A stretch of 64,000 nucleotides of DNA from Myxococcota bacterium (GCA_044344255.1 JBIJDH010000002.1:1-64000); one strand, 5' to 3'; counted from the first letter of the stretch, positions 36,288 to 46,129 are shown. Program-made: numbers and translations. Notes: a model not told the origin generated them from the letters alone.

Positions 36288-36299
36288 GAGCGCGGAGCC

Positions 36300-37490
36300 A
36301 TGGCCAAGGAAAAGTTCGAGCGGTCCAAGCCGCACGTAAACATCGGTACGATCGGTCATGTCGATCACGGCAAGACGACCTTGACGGCCGCTATCACCAT
36401 GACGCTCGCCAAGCGCGGCGGCGCCAAGGAGATGAAGTACGCCGACATCGACAAGGCCCCTGAAGAGAAGGCCCGAGGCATCACGATCAATACGGCGCAC
36501 GTCGAGTACGAGACGGTCAACCGTCACTACGCCCACGTGGATTGCCCCGGGCACGCCGACTACATCAAGAACATGATCACCGGCGCCGCCCAGATGGACG
36601 GAGCGATCCTGGTGGTCAGCGCGGCTGACGGCCCGATGCCGCAGACTCGCGAGCATGTGCTCCTGGCCCGCCAGGTCAACGTCCCGGCCATCGTGGTCTT
36701 CCTCAACAAGGTCGACATGCTCGATGACCCCGAGCTCCTCGAGCTGGTTGAGATGGAGGTCCGCGAGCTGCTGAACCTCTACAACTTCCCCGGCGATGAC
36801 ATCCCCATCATCCGCGGCAGCGCCCTCAAGGCCAGCCAGGGTGACGTCGGCGAGCTCGGCGAACAGGCGATCATGAAGCTGATGGCGGCGGTGGATGAGA
36901 GCATCCCCACTCCCGTTCGCGCCACTACGCTTCCGTTCCTCATGCCTGTTGAAGACGTGTTCACGATCACCGGCCGCGGCACGGTCGCGACGGGCCGCAT
37001 CGAGAGAGGCATCGTCAAGGTGGGTGAGTCCGTCGAGCTCGTGGGCATTCATGACACCTCGACCACCACGGTCACGGGCGTCGAGATGTTCAAGAAGCTC
37101 CTCGACCAGGGGGAGGCGGGCGACAACGCAGGGATCCTGCTCCGCGGTCTCAAGCGGGAGGATGTCGAGCGCGGTCAGGTGCTCGCCAAGCCCAAGTCCA
37201 TCAAGGCCCACACTCAGTTCATGGGTGAGGTCTACATCCTGAAGAAGGAGGAGGGGGGGCGTCACAAGCCCTTCTTCGATGGCTACCGTCCTCAGTTCTA
37301 CTTCCGGACGACGGATGTCACCGGCTCCATCAAGCTCCCCGAGGGGACTGAGATGGTGATGCCCGGTGACAACCTTCAGATCGAGATCACCCTCATCACT
37401 CCGATCGCTATCGAGAACCAGCTTCGCTTCGCTATCCGCGAAGGTGGCCGGACGGTTGGCGCCGGGGTCGTGTCCAAGATCCTCACGTGA
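36300..37490 (+). CDS. tuf: Elongation factor Tu
   Basis: [35 protein letters not shown] and NKVD motifs. ATG 36300 follows GGAG. Confidence 0.99.
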   Translation: MAKEKFERSKPHVNIGTIGHVDHGKTTLTAAITMTLAKRGGAKEMKYADIDKAPEEKARGITINTAHVEYETVNRHYAHVDCPGHADYIKNMITGAAQMDGAILVVSAADGPMPQTREHVLLARQVNVPAIVVFLNKVDMLDDPELLELVEMEVRELLNLYNFPGDDIPIIRGSALKASQGDVGELGEQAIMKLMAAVDESIPTPVRATTLPFLMPVEDVFTITGRGTVATGRIERGIVKVGESVELVGIHDTSTTTVTGVEMFKKLLDQGEAGDNAGILLRGLKREDVERGQVLAKPKSIKAHTQFMGEVYILKKEEGGRHKPFFDGYRPQFYFRTTDVTGSIKLPEGTEMVMPGDNLQIEITLITPIAIENQLRFAIREGGRTVGAGVVSKILT

Positions 37491-37550
37491 GCGCGGGCTG
37501 GTTCGGCCCTCGGGTCGTACCGCCGCCTCATCCCTTCAGGAGCCAATTCC

Positions 37551-37865
37551 ATGGCCAACACACACAAGATTCGAATCCGGCTGAAGGCGTACGATCACAA
37601 GCTGCTTGATCGTTCCGCTCGGGAGATCGTGGAGACGGCCAAGCGCTCTGGCGTCGTCGTCCGCGGTCCCTTTCCTCTCCCCACCACCGTGAGCCGGTGG
37701 ACGGTGCTTCGCGGACCCCACGTGGACAAGAAGTCCCGTGAGCAGTTCGAGCGGCGCACTCATCACCGGCTCCTCGATATCCTCGAGCCCACCCAGTCCA
37801 CTGTCGATGCCCTCATGAAGCTCGACCTCTCGGCGGGCGTGCACGTCGAGATCAAGTCGACCTGA
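37551..37865 (+). CDS. rpsJ: 30S ribosomal protein S10
   Basis: [11 protein letters not shown] and [12 protein letters not shown] motifs. Confidence 0.99.
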   Translation: MANTHKIRIRLKAYDHKLLDRSAREIVETAKRSGVVVRGPFPLPTTVSRWTVLRGPHVDKKSREQFERRTHHRLLDILEPTQSTVDALMKLDLSAGVHVEIKST

Positions 37866-37879
37866 CAGGAGACAATGGG

Positions 37880-38503
37880 ATGCCTACCGTAGACGTCTAC
37901 AACATCGCTCGGGAGAAGGTCGGCACTGTCGATCTGAACCCTGTTGTCTTCGGAACCGAGGTCAAGGAGTACCTGTTCTACGCGGTTGTTCGGTACCAGC
38001 TCGCCAAGCGGCGCGCCGGCACCCACGCCGTCAAGGGACGCGCTCAGGTGAGCGGCGGTGGTCGGAAGCCTTTCAAGCAGAAGGGCACCGGTCGCGCTCG
38101 TCAGGGCTCCACTCGCGCTCCGCACTGGACGGGCGGCGGCGTGGTTCATGGTCCGGTTGTCCGGTCCCATGCCCACGACCTCCCCAAGAAGGTGCGTCGG
38201 GCCGCGCTTCGCAGCGCGCTCTCCCGACGCGTAGAGGACCAGAAGGTCATCGTCTTCGATGCCTTCGAGCTCCCCGAGGCCAAGACCCGGCGCTTCGTCG
38301 AGGTCATGAAGAATTTCGGGATCGAGGACCTGCTCCTCGTCCTCCCGGAGAAGGAAGAGGCCGTGTGCCGCTCGGCGCGCAACATCCCCGGGGTGACCAT
38401 CCTCCCCGTGGAAGGCCTGAACGTGTACGACGTTCTCCGTCACAAGAACCTGGCGATGACGCAGGCGGCGATCGAGAAGATCGTCGCGCGGTTGGGAGAG
38501 TGA
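37880..38503 (+). CDS. rplD: 50S ribosomal protein L4
   Basis: RAGTHAVKGR and KPFKQKGTGRARQGS motifs. Confidence 0.98.
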   Translation: MPTVDVYNIAREKVGTVDLNPVVFGTEVKEYLFYAVVRYQLAKRRAGTHAVKGRAQVSGGGRKPFKQKGTGRARQGSTRAPHWTGGGVVHGPVVRSHAHDLPKKVRRAALRSALSRRVEDQKVIVFDAFELPEAKTRRFVEVMKNFGIEDLLLVLPEKEEAVCRSARNIPGVTILPVEGLNVYDVLRHKNLAMTQAAIEKIVARLGE

Positions 38504-38506
38504 GCC

Positions 38507-38794
38507 ATGGCTGAAATCCACGACATCCTCATCCGGCCCATCGTGACGGAGAAGTCGACCTGGCTCACCGGCCACCAGAACACCTACGCTTTCGAGGTGT
38601 CGGAAGGCGCCAACAAGGTGGAGATCAAGCAGGCCGTTGAATCTCTCTTCGGCGTCAAGGTCGAGGACGTACGCACCCTGCGTCTGCGGGGCAAGTTCAA
38701 GCGGTTCGGGCGCTTCATCGGAAAGCGCTCCAACTGGAAGAAGGCGTATGTTCGTCTGGCCGACGGCCAATCTCTGAACTTCTACCAGTCCTGA
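38507..38794 (+). CDS. rplW: 50S ribosomal protein L23
   Basis: RPIVTEKS, ANKVEIKQAVE and WKKAYVRL motifs. Confidence 0.98.
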   Translation: MAEIHDILIRPIVTEKSTWLTGHQNTYAFEVSEGANKVEIKQAVESLFGVKVEDVRTLRLRGKFKRFGRFIGKRSNWKKAYVRLADGQSLNFYQS

Positions 38795-38806
38795 TCGGGG
38801 GCGCTC

Positions 38807-39628
38807 ATGGGTACCCGAAAGTTCAAGCCGACTACGCCCTCTCGACGTTTCATGAGTATCTCCGACTTCTCGGAGATCACCACGGATACGCCCGAGAAGA
38901 GCCTCATCGCAAAGAAGAGCAAGTCCGGCGGTCGCAACAACACCGGTCGTATGACGATTCGTCATCGCGGCGGTGGCCACAAGCAGCGCTACCGGATGAT
39001 CGACTTCAAGCGTGACAAGCTGGGCGTGCCCGGCACCGTTGCGTCGATTGAGTACGATCCCAACCGCAGCGCGCGCATCGCGCTCATCCACTTCCGCGAC
39101 GGCGAGAAGCGGTACATCCTCGCGCCTCAGGGGCTTCAGGTGGGCGCCTCGGTCGTCACGGACGACAAGGCGGACATCCTCCCTGGCAACACGATGAGCC
39201 TCCACGCCATGCCCCTCGGCACCTGGGTCCACAACGTGGAGCTCCAGGTCAACCGTGGCGGGCAGATGTGCCGGTCTGCTGGTGCCTTCGCCCAGGTCAT
39301 GGCGAAGGAGGGCGACAAGGTCCTCCTCCGTCTGCCCTCTGGCGAGATCCGGCAGGTCTTCAATCAGTGCCGGGCGACGATCGGACAGGTCGGCAATCTC
39401 GAGCACGAGAACCAGATCATCGGGAAGGCCGGCCGCACCCGGTGGAAGGGTCAGCGTCCCCGCGTCCGCGGTGTGGCGATGAACCCGATCGACCATCCTC
39501 ACGGCGGTGGTGAAGGTCGCGCCAAGGGTCGCCATCCGGTCACCCCTTGGGGCAAGCCCACCAAGGGTTACAAGACCCGGTCGCCCAAGAAGCCCTCGAA
39601 CAAGCTCATCGTCAAGCGGCGCCGTTAG
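38807..39628 (+). CDS. rplB: 50S ribosomal protein L2
   Basis: [20 protein letters not shown] and [13 protein letters not shown] motifs. Confidence 0.99.
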   Translation: MGTRKFKPTTPSRRFMSISDFSEITTDTPEKSLIAKKSKSGGRNNTGRMTIRHRGGGHKQRYRMIDFKRDKLGVPGTVASIEYDPNRSARIALIHFRDGEKRYILAPQGLQVGASVVTDDKADILPGNTMSLHAMPLGTWVHNVELQVNRGGQMCRSAGAFAQVMAKEGDKVLLRLPSGEIRQVFNQCRATIGQVGNLEHENQIIGKAGRTRWKGQRPRVRGVAMNPIDHPHGGGEGRAKGRHPVTPWGKPTKGYKTRSPKKPSNKLIVKRRR

Positions 39629-39652
39629 TCGGCGCTGTTTGGAGGAATTCTC

Positions 39653-39931
39653 ATGGCACGTTCAGTCAAAAAGGGCCCCTTCATCGACCAGCACCTGGTC
39701 GCGAAGGTGGCCATCGCCCGCGAAGTGGGCGGTCGTCCGGTGATCAAGACGTGGAGTCGGCGGTCTACAATCCTGCCCGATTTCGTGGGTTTGACGTTCG
39801 CCGTGCATAACGGTAAGAAGCACATTCCCGTCTACGTGACGGAGAACATGGTGGGACACAAGCTCGGTGAGTTTTCGCCGACCCGCACGTTCTTCGGCCA
39901 CGCTGCTGACCGGAAGACCAAAGTTAAGTAA
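39653..39931 (+). CDS. rpsS: 30S ribosomal protein S19
   Basis: [17 protein letters not shown] and [11 protein letters not shown] motifs. Confidence 0.99.
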   Translation: MARSVKKGPFIDQHLVAKVAIAREVGGRPVIKTWSRRSTILPDFVGLTFAVHNGKKHIPVYVTENMVGHKLGEFSPTRTFFGHAADRKTKVK

Positions 39932-40015
39932 TCGATCCGATGGGTCGATGCGCGCGGGCCCTTCTGGTTCGCCTGTCGTACCCGTCGGCTTCGCCACAGG
40001 CGAGGAGGTTCAGAT

Positions 40016-40369
40016 ATGGAGTCGAAAGCGGTTTTGCGTCTGGCGCGGGTGTCGCCGCGGAAGGCGCGTCTGGTGGCAGACGTGGTTCGCGGACTCCAGG
40101 TTGGAGAGGCGCTTGAGCAGCTGGCGTTCCTCCAGAAGAAGTCTGCGGGGCTCATCAAGGGCGTGGTGGAGTCCGCCATCGCCAATGCTGAGCATCAAGC
40201 GGGTCGGGACAACCGAAAGCTTGACATCGACGACCTCTTCATCAAGCAGATCCTGGTCGATCAGGGCCCGACGCTTCGGCGGTTCCGCCCCCGCGCCCGC
40301 GGGATGGCGACGAAGGTCCTGAAGAAGACTGCTCACATCACGGTAGTTTTGGACGAAGGAGAGGTCTGA
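40016..40369 (+). CDS. rplV: 50S ribosomal protein L22
   Basis: [16 protein letters not shown] and RPRARG motifs. Confidence 0.98.
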   Translation: MESKAVLRLARVSPRKARLVADVVRGLQVGEALEQLAFLQKKSAGLIKGVVESAIANAEHQAGRDNRKLDIDDLFIKQILVDQGPTLRRFRPRARGMATKVLKKTAHITVVLDEGEV

Positions 40370-41016
40370 TGGGCCAGAAGGTTCACCCGGTAGGGTTCCG
40401 CCTCGGCGTCATCCGCGACTGGGATTCGAAGTGGTACGCTGGTCGCGAATACCAGCGCTTCCTCCATGAGGACATCCGCATCCGTCGGTTCCTCAAGGAG
40501 AAGCTCTTCCACGCCGGTATCAGCCGGGTGACCATCGAGCGGGCGGCCAACAAGGCCAAGGTCTACGTGCATGCCGCTAAGCCCGGCATCATCATCGGCA
40601 AGCGCGCCAGCGGGCTTGACAGCCTCCGGGCCGATCTGCAGAAGATGAGCAACACGGAGATCTTTCTCAACATCATCGAAGTGCGGAAGGTCGAGACCGA
40701 CGCGCAGCTGGTGGCCGAGAACATCGCCGCTCAGCTCGTCAAGCGGGTCAGCTTTCGGCGCGCGATGAAGAAGGCCATCACCCAGGCCATGCGCTCGCAT
40801 GCGAAGGGCATCAAGGTGATGTGTGCGGGTCGTCTCGGCGGCGCTGAGATGTCTCGTACGGAGCAGTACCGCGAGGGCCGAGTGCCCCTGCACACGCTCC
40901 GCGCCAATGTGGACTTCGGGCTGGCGGAAGCCAAGACGACCTTCGGCGTCATTGGTGTGAAGGTGTGGATTTTCAAGGGAGAGATCCTTCCGGGTGAGGA
41001 AGAGCGCGCGGCCTAG
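40369..41016 (+). CDS. rpsC: 30S ribosomal protein S3
   Basis: [21 protein letters not shown] and [10 protein letters not shown] motifs. Confidence 0.99.
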   Translation: MGQKVHPVGFRLGVIRDWDSKWYAGREYQRFLHEDIRIRRFLKEKLFHAGISRVTIERAANKAKVYVHAAKPGIIIGKRASGLDSLRADLQKMSNTEIFLNIIEVRKVETDAQLVAENIAAQLVKRVSFRRAMKKAITQAMRSHAKGIKVMCAGRLGGAEMSRTEQYREGRVPLHTLRANVDFGLAEAKTTFGVIGVKVWIFKGEILPGEEERAA

Positions 41017-41088
41017 CGCGCCTCCGCCCGGGGGGCTTCGGCCCCCGGTCCGAGCGAAAGCTCCAACGAATCGGTCAGAGGTGTTCCG

Positions 41089-41505
41089 ATGCTCAGTCCC
41101 AAACGTGTAAAGTTCCGCAAGAGCCAAAAGGGCAATAGGCGTGGGCTGGCCTATCGCGGATGCGACGTTTCTTTCGGAGACTTCGGGCTCCAGGCTGTGG
41201 AGTGTGGCTGGCTCACCTCCCGGCAGATCGAGGCGGGCCGTATCGCGCTCACCCGCCACGTGAAGCGTGGTGGGAAGGTGTGGATCCGCATCTTCCCGGA
41301 CAAGCCCGTAAGCAAGAAGCCCGCCGAAACCCGAATGGGTAAAGGAAAGGGCAACCCCGAAGAATGGGTGGCCGTGATCCTCCCCGGGAAGGTCCTCTAC
41401 GAAATCGAGGGGGTCCCCGAGGACGTGGCTCGCGAAGCCTTCCGGCTCTGCGGGCACAAGCTGCCTGTGAGTACCAAGTTCCTGGCTCGTCGTGAGGTGC
41501 TGTGA
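41089..41505 (+). CDS. rplP: 50S ribosomal protein L16
   Basis: [11 protein letters not shown] and [12 protein letters not shown] motifs. Confidence 0.99.
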   Translation: MLSPKRVKFRKSQKGNRRGLAYRGCDVSFGDFGLQAVECGWLTSRQIEAGRIALTRHVKRGGKVWIRIFPDKPVSKKPAETRMGKGKGNPEEWVAVILPGKVLYEIEGVPEDVAREAFRLCGHKLPVSTKFLARREVL

Positions 41506-41867
41506 TGGCCAAGCTCTCTCTTGAAGGTCTCAGCGATGAGGCCCTCGTGCACAAGGAGCTCAGCCTCGAGCGTGACCTCCTCGAGGCGTCCTTCCGGCTC
41601 CGTACCGGTCAGCTGGAGGACAACTCCAAGACCGGGAAGGTCCGTCGGGACATCGCCCGCGTTCGCACCGAGGAGCGCGTCCGTGAGACCGCCCAGGGTC
41701 TGAACAAGGACGAGCTCCGTACCCGTCATCGGGGCACCTTCCGGCCGCAGCCGGTGGCCGCCTCGACCGGAGCGGGCGGCGAGACCGCCCAGAAGGGCGG
41801 CTTCTTGAGCGGCCTCGCGGGCAAGCTCGGGATTGGCGATCAGGGCGCGGAGCAGTCCGGGTCCTGA
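41505..41867 (+). CDS. rpmC: 50S ribosomal protein L29 with ~58-aa C-terminal extension
   Basis: Directly follows rplP (TGATG overlap). The core FRLRTGQLE...VRRDIARVRT is L29-like; the protein is 120 aa versus the usual ~63. Confidence 0.9.
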   Translation: MAKLSLEGLSDEALVHKELSLERDLLEASFRLRTGQLEDNSKTGKVRRDIARVRTEERVRETAQGLNKDELRTRHRGTFRPQPVAASTGAGGETAQKGGFLSGLAGKLGIGDQGAEQSGS

Positions 41868-41886
41868 GCGGTTCTGGGGAGCCGGG

Positions 41887-43245
41887 ATGAGCGGCGCGCC
41901 GTTGTCGGAGCGTCCCGTCCCGGCTTCTTTGTTTGGGGCTGGCAATCCCTATCGTCGGGTCCACGCGCTGCGACGGCGGCGGCTCGGCGGAGGGTGGGCC
42001 ACCCTGCTCCCCGTGGTTGTCGCGTTGGCGGCTACGCCCTTCACGAACGGCCCAGTGGAGCGCCTGCTCGTGGACATCGGCGGGCTGCAGGGCGTGGAGG
42101 CGCTGACCCTTCGGGCGGCGCTTCTGGCGGTCGCCGCGGTCGCCTTTCATTCTTACGCCGACTTGGTGCGTGGGCCGGATCGGGTCGTCGCCGACGCGCA
42201 CCCCGTACGAGCGGGGGACATGGTGAGGGCCATCGGGCTCCACACCCTCCGCGAGCGGGCGTACCTGCCGCTGGTCGCCGCCACGCTGCTCTCGCCGATC
42301 ATCGAGGTCGAGGGGACCGGCGTCTGGTTGGCCTCGGCGGCGGTCGTCGGTGCCTCGATGGTGGGCGCGGTTGGGGTGGGGCTCGCGGTGCACATCAGCG
42401 CAGTGGGCTTCGCTCTGAGCCCCCGAGCGGGCTGGGTCTTGGAGCTGCTTCGGGGTTCAACCCCCCGCATGCACGCGGCCCTCATCTACTCTCCAGGCGT
42501 GGCGCTGGTGGTCGCGGGCAGCTTCGCGGCCCTCTCCGTGGAGGGCACCGTCGCAGCGCTGCAGGGTTGGGCGCCGGGCTGGTGTCTCGCTCCGCTGCCG
42601 CTGCTGGCCGGTGGCCTGGGGATCGGGTTCGCGGCGCGCCTGGGGGAGCGTTGGCTCGTGCGCACCACCGCGGTCCTGACCGAGATCGAGGGCTCCTACG
42701 CCGGGCTGGAGCAGGGTGAGGACGGCCGTAGCGTCTACCTGGAGGGCCTGGGGCGGGGGAGGCCCGAGCTCACGCGCGCCCTCCGGCATGGCTGGCGGAG
42801 ACACCGCGCCTTCGCGACCGGGCCTTGGATCGCGGGGGCGCTGGGCGTCGTCGGGGGTTGGTCCGCGGAGGGCGGGGCGCTGGGTCGGGGGCTCGCGTTG
42901 ATCTCCGGCGCGGCCTTGCTCTGTGGGTTGCTGCCGTCGCGCTTCGCCGCCGGTGACCCGCCCTGGCTCGATCGGGCCTTGGGACTATCGGCGGCGCGCG
43001 TGGGCGCTGCCCGGGTTGGGGTGTCCTGGCTGTACGCCCAGGGGGCGCTGTTGCCCGGCCTCCTGCTGCTCGGCTTCCACCACGGAGGCCGCGCCGCTCC
43101 GGCGCTCCTTGGCCTCGAGGGGCTGAGCCTCGGCGTCGCCGGGGTGTCGGCGGTGCTCGGACAGCGATGGCCGGGCCGGGGCGTGTGGTATGCCGGGCCG
43201 ATCGTGCTGCTCACCTGGCTGATCTTCGTCTCGGAGGTGCTGTGA
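41887..43245 (+). CDS. Multi-pass membrane protein, probable ABC exporter permease
   Basis: About 10-12 hydrophobic segments; translationally coupled (TGATG) to an ABC ATPase. Confidence 0.7.
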   Translation: MSGAPLSERPVPASLFGAGNPYRRVHALRRRRLGGGWATLLPVVVALAATPFTNGPVERLLVDIGGLQGVEALTLRAALLAVAAVAFHSYADLVRGPDRVVADAHPVRAGDMVRAIGLHTLRERAYLPLVAATLLSPIIEVEGTGVWLASAAVVGASMVGAVGVGLAVHISAVGFALSPRAGWVLELLRGSTPRMHAALIYSPGVALVVAGSFAALSVEGTVAALQGWAPGWCLAPLPLLAGGLGIGFAARLGERWLVRTTAVLTEIEGSYAGLEQGEDGRSVYLEGLGRGRPELTRALRHGWRRHRAFATGPWIAGALGVVGGWSAEGGALGRGLALISGAALLCGLLPSRFAAGDPPWLDRALGLSAARVGAARVGVSWLYAQGALLPGLLLLGFHHGGRAAPALLGLEGLSLGVAGVSAVLGQRWPGRGVWYAGPIVLLTWLIFVSEVL

Positions 43246-43949
43246 TGTCGGTGGTAGACGCGATCCGCGCCGTGGCCCTCACTCGGCGCTTTGGTCGGGT
43301 GAGCGCCGTCGACGGGCTGGACATCACGGTGCGGAAGGGGGAGCTGGTGGGCCTCGTGGGCCCGAACGGCGCGGGGAAGAGCACCACCATCAAGATGCTC
43401 TCCGCGCAGTTGCTCCCCACAACTGGCAGCATTCACATCGACGGCATCGATGTCATCGCCGATCCGAACGGCGCGCGGGCCCGCATCGGCTACGTGCCGG
43501 AGGAGCCGGCGTTGTACGACTACCTCACGGCCCGCGAGATGGTCGACTTCGTGGTGGCCGTGCGGGGGCGTGGGGACGCGGCCCGGGCCTTACGACTCGC
43601 CGGTCTCGGGGACGACGCCGACAGACCGATTCAGGAGTACTCCCAAGGCATGCGCCGGAAGACCGCGCTGGCCTGCGCGATCGTGAGCCAGCCCGCGGTC
43701 CTCATCCTCGACGAGGCCCTGAACGGGCTCGATCCGCCGAGCGCCGAGCGGGTCGTCGCCTCCTTGAAGGCCGCCTGCGCGGAGGGGACCGCGGTGATCC
43801 TCTCCACGCACGTGCTCGACACGCTCGAACGCGTGGCCGATCGCATCGTGCTCATCGACGCGGGGAAGGTCCAGGCCGATCTCCCCACCGCCGATCTCGA
43901 CCAGGTCCGCGCCTTTTTCCGCACGATGGGGGAGCGATCGAGCCGCTGA
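43245..43949 (+). CDS. ABC transporter ATP-binding protein
   Basis: GPNGAGKST, YSQGMRRK, LILDE and STH motifs. Confidence 0.93.
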   Translation: MSVVDAIRAVALTRRFGRVSAVDGLDITVRKGELVGLVGPNGAGKSTTIKMLSAQLLPTTGSIHIDGIDVIADPNGARARIGYVPEEPALYDYLTAREMVDFVVAVRGRGDAARALRLAGLGDDADRPIQEYSQGMRRKTALACAIVSQPAVLILDEALNGLDPPSAERVVASLKAACAEGTAVILSTHVLDTLERVADRIVLIDAGKVQADLPTADLDQVRAFFRTMGERSSR

Positions 43950-44008
43950 GCCTGGGCAAACCGCCGCCCGGCTCGCGGCTCCGCTCGGGCTCCGCGCAGG
44001 CCTTTGGC

Positions 44009-46129
44009 TCAGCTCACGTCGAAGCGAGCGAATTCCATCGTGAAGCTGCCACGGCCGCGGGTGATGCTGCGGAGCACGGTGGTGTAGCCGAGGAGGCCCT
44101 CGAGGGGGCACTCGCCCGCGATCGTGGACATGCCCATCTCGGCCTCCTGGCCGTGGATGTTGGACCGGCGGGACTGGAGGTCTCCGAGCACCCCGCCCAG
44201 GTTCTCGTCCGGGACCACTACCTCGATGCGCATGAGCGGCCGCAGCACCTGCCCGCCGCCGTTGGCCAAGGCCTCCCGGACGGCCTGAGAGGCGGCCATC
44301 CGGAGGGCCTGCGCCGTGGTGGCCTCGCCGAAGAGCTCGACCTCGAGCAGCTGGACGGCGACGTCTTGGAGCGGTGAGCCCTCGACCGGCCCGCCGAGCA
44401 CCGCGTCGTTCACGCCCGAGCGCACCGCCTCGAGCTGGGTCGCGGTGAGGAGGGCCCCCTCCGGCAGCACCCGGGGGCTCACCGTCAGCTCCATCCCGGT
44501 GTTTCGATCGCGCGGGCGGGCGCGGGCGAGGCAGCGCGCCTTGAGGTGCAGCTCCTTGGTCTCGGTGATGTGAAAGGTGCGCTCGACGAGCGCGTCGCCG
44601 GTGCCAGGGCCGGCGATGGTCTCGCGGCTCATCACGCGGGGCTTGCCGGCGTGGACCTTGAGGCCGAACTCTCGCTCGATTCGTTCGAAGACGATCTGGA
44701 GGTGCAGCTCACCCATCCCGCGTAGCACCCGCTGGCCCGTGTCCTTGTCTTCGACAAAACGAAGGGTGGGGTCCTCCTCGCAGACCTTCGCCATCACCTC
44801 GAGGAATTTCTCTTCCTCCTTGCTGGACTCCGGCTCGACCGCGAGGCCGAGGACGGGCTCCTTGGAGTCGATCTTCTCGAGGAAGACCTCGCGCTCCGGA
44901 TCGCACAGCGTGTCACCGGTCGTCGCCCAGCGGAGCCCGGCGAGGAGGCCGATCTGGCCGGCGCTGAGCACGTCGATCCGCTTCTTGGCGTCGGCGTCGA
45001 CGTCAAAGACGCGCGCCACCCGCTCCTCCTTGTCGCGTCCGGCGATGCGGATGGGGACTCCGGGCTCAAGCTTGCCGCGGTAGACGCGGACGAAGACGTG
45101 CCGGCGCCCCTCCCAGAGCTGCACCTTGAATGCGATAGCGGCGAGGGGGCCGTCCGAGGTCATCTCGACCAGCTCCTCGCTGCCGTCGGGCAGACGGGCG
45201 ATGGCCGGGGGGCGCTCGAGGGGGTTCGGCAGCAGCTTGAGCACGCCGTCCAACAGCGGCTGGACGCCGCGGTTGCGCAGCGCGGTGCCACCGAAGACGG
45301 GGATGATGCGCAGGGCGAGCGTGCCCTTGCGGAGCGCGGCCCAGACGAGGTCGGGTTCGACCTCCTCGCCCATGAACACGGCCTCCTCTAGGGACGGATC
45401 CAGCTCGGCGGCGGCGACCAGCATCGCCTCCCGGTGCCTGCGGAAGGTGTCGAGCTCGAGGGCGGGGATGTCCTCGAGGGTGACGACCTCGCCCCGCTCT
45501 CCGGAGAAGCGGTAGCATCTCTGCTCGATGAGGTGCATGACCCCGCCGTCGTCGATGGGGACGCAGACGGGCACGGTGTTGGCGCCGAGCCGCTTGCGCA
45601 GGCTCTCCATGCTGCGGTCGAAGCTCGCGCCGGGGCGGTCCATCTTGTTGACGAAGACGAGGCGGGGAACACCGAACTTGCTGGCCTGCCGCCAGACCGT
45701 CTCGGTCTGGGGCTCGACGCCGCGCACGCCGTCCATCACGATCACCGCGCCGTCCAGCACCCGCATCGAGCGCTCGACCTCGATCGTGAAGTCGACGTGC
45801 CCCGGGGTGTCGATCACCTGGATGAGGTGGTCCTTCCAGGGGCACTTCGTCACGGCGCTCGTGATCGTGATGCCGTGGGCCCGCTCCTCGGGCATGTAGT
45901 CCGTGTGCGTGTTCCCCTCGTGCACCTCGCCGATCTTGTGGGAGGCGCCGGTGTAGTAGAGGATGCGCTCGGTGAGCGTGGTCTTGCCGGCGTCGATGTG
46001 CGCGGCGATGCCGATGTTTCGGACGAGATCGAGATCTTCGCCTCGACCCACCCGCAGCGACTTCTCGGCGTGGCCCGACTTGCCGCCTTCCTTCCCGCCG
46101 TCCTTCTGGTCCTTCGCGCCCTTGGCCAC
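44009..46129 (-). CDS. fusA: Elongation factor G paralog (divergent, EF-G2/recycling-type candidate)
   Basis: RNIGIAAHIDAGKTT, DTPGHVDF, NKMD, GMGELHL and TRGRG motifs. The domain IV loop motifs are degenerate. Confidence 0.88.
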   Translation of the reverse strand: MAKGAKDQKDGGKEGGKSGHAEKSLRVGRGEDLDLVRNIGIAAHIDAGKTTLTERILYYTGASHKIGEVHEGNTHTDYMPEERAHGITITSAVTKCPWKDHLIQVIDTPGHVDFTIEVERSMRVLDGAVIVMDGVRGVEPQTETVWRQASKFGVPRLVFVNKMDRPGASFDRSMESLRKRLGANTVPVCVPIDDGGVMHLIEQRCYRFSGERGEVVTLEDIPALELDTFRRHREAMLVAAAELDPSLEEAVFMGEEVEPDLVWAALRKGTLALRIIPVFGGTALRNRGVQPLLDGVLKLLPNPLERPPAIARLPDGSEELVEMTSDGPLAAIAFKVQLWEGRRHVFVRVYRGKLEPGVPIRIAGRDKEERVARVFDVDADAKKRIDVLSAGQIGLLAGLRWATTGDTLCDPEREVFLEKIDSKEPVLGLAVEPESSKEEEKFLEVMAKVCEEDPTLRFVEDKDTGQRVLRGMGELHLQIVFERIEREFGLKVHAGKPRVMSRETIAGPGTGDALVERTFHITETKELHLKARCLARARPRDRNTGMELTVSPRVLPEGALLTATQLEAVRSGVNDAVLGGPVEGSPLQDVAVQLLEVELFGEATTAQALRMAASQAVREALANGGGQVLRPLMRIEVVVPDENLGGVLGDLQSRRSNIHGQEAEMGMSTIAGECPLEGLLGYTTVLRSITRGRGSFTMEFARFDVS

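Noticed and set aside
36017..36299. fusA pseudogene remnant or tRNA between rpsG and tuf
   Set aside because: I saw no EF-G-like peptide and no tRNA cloverleaf with T-loop and CCA. It is kept only as a structured-RNA candidate.
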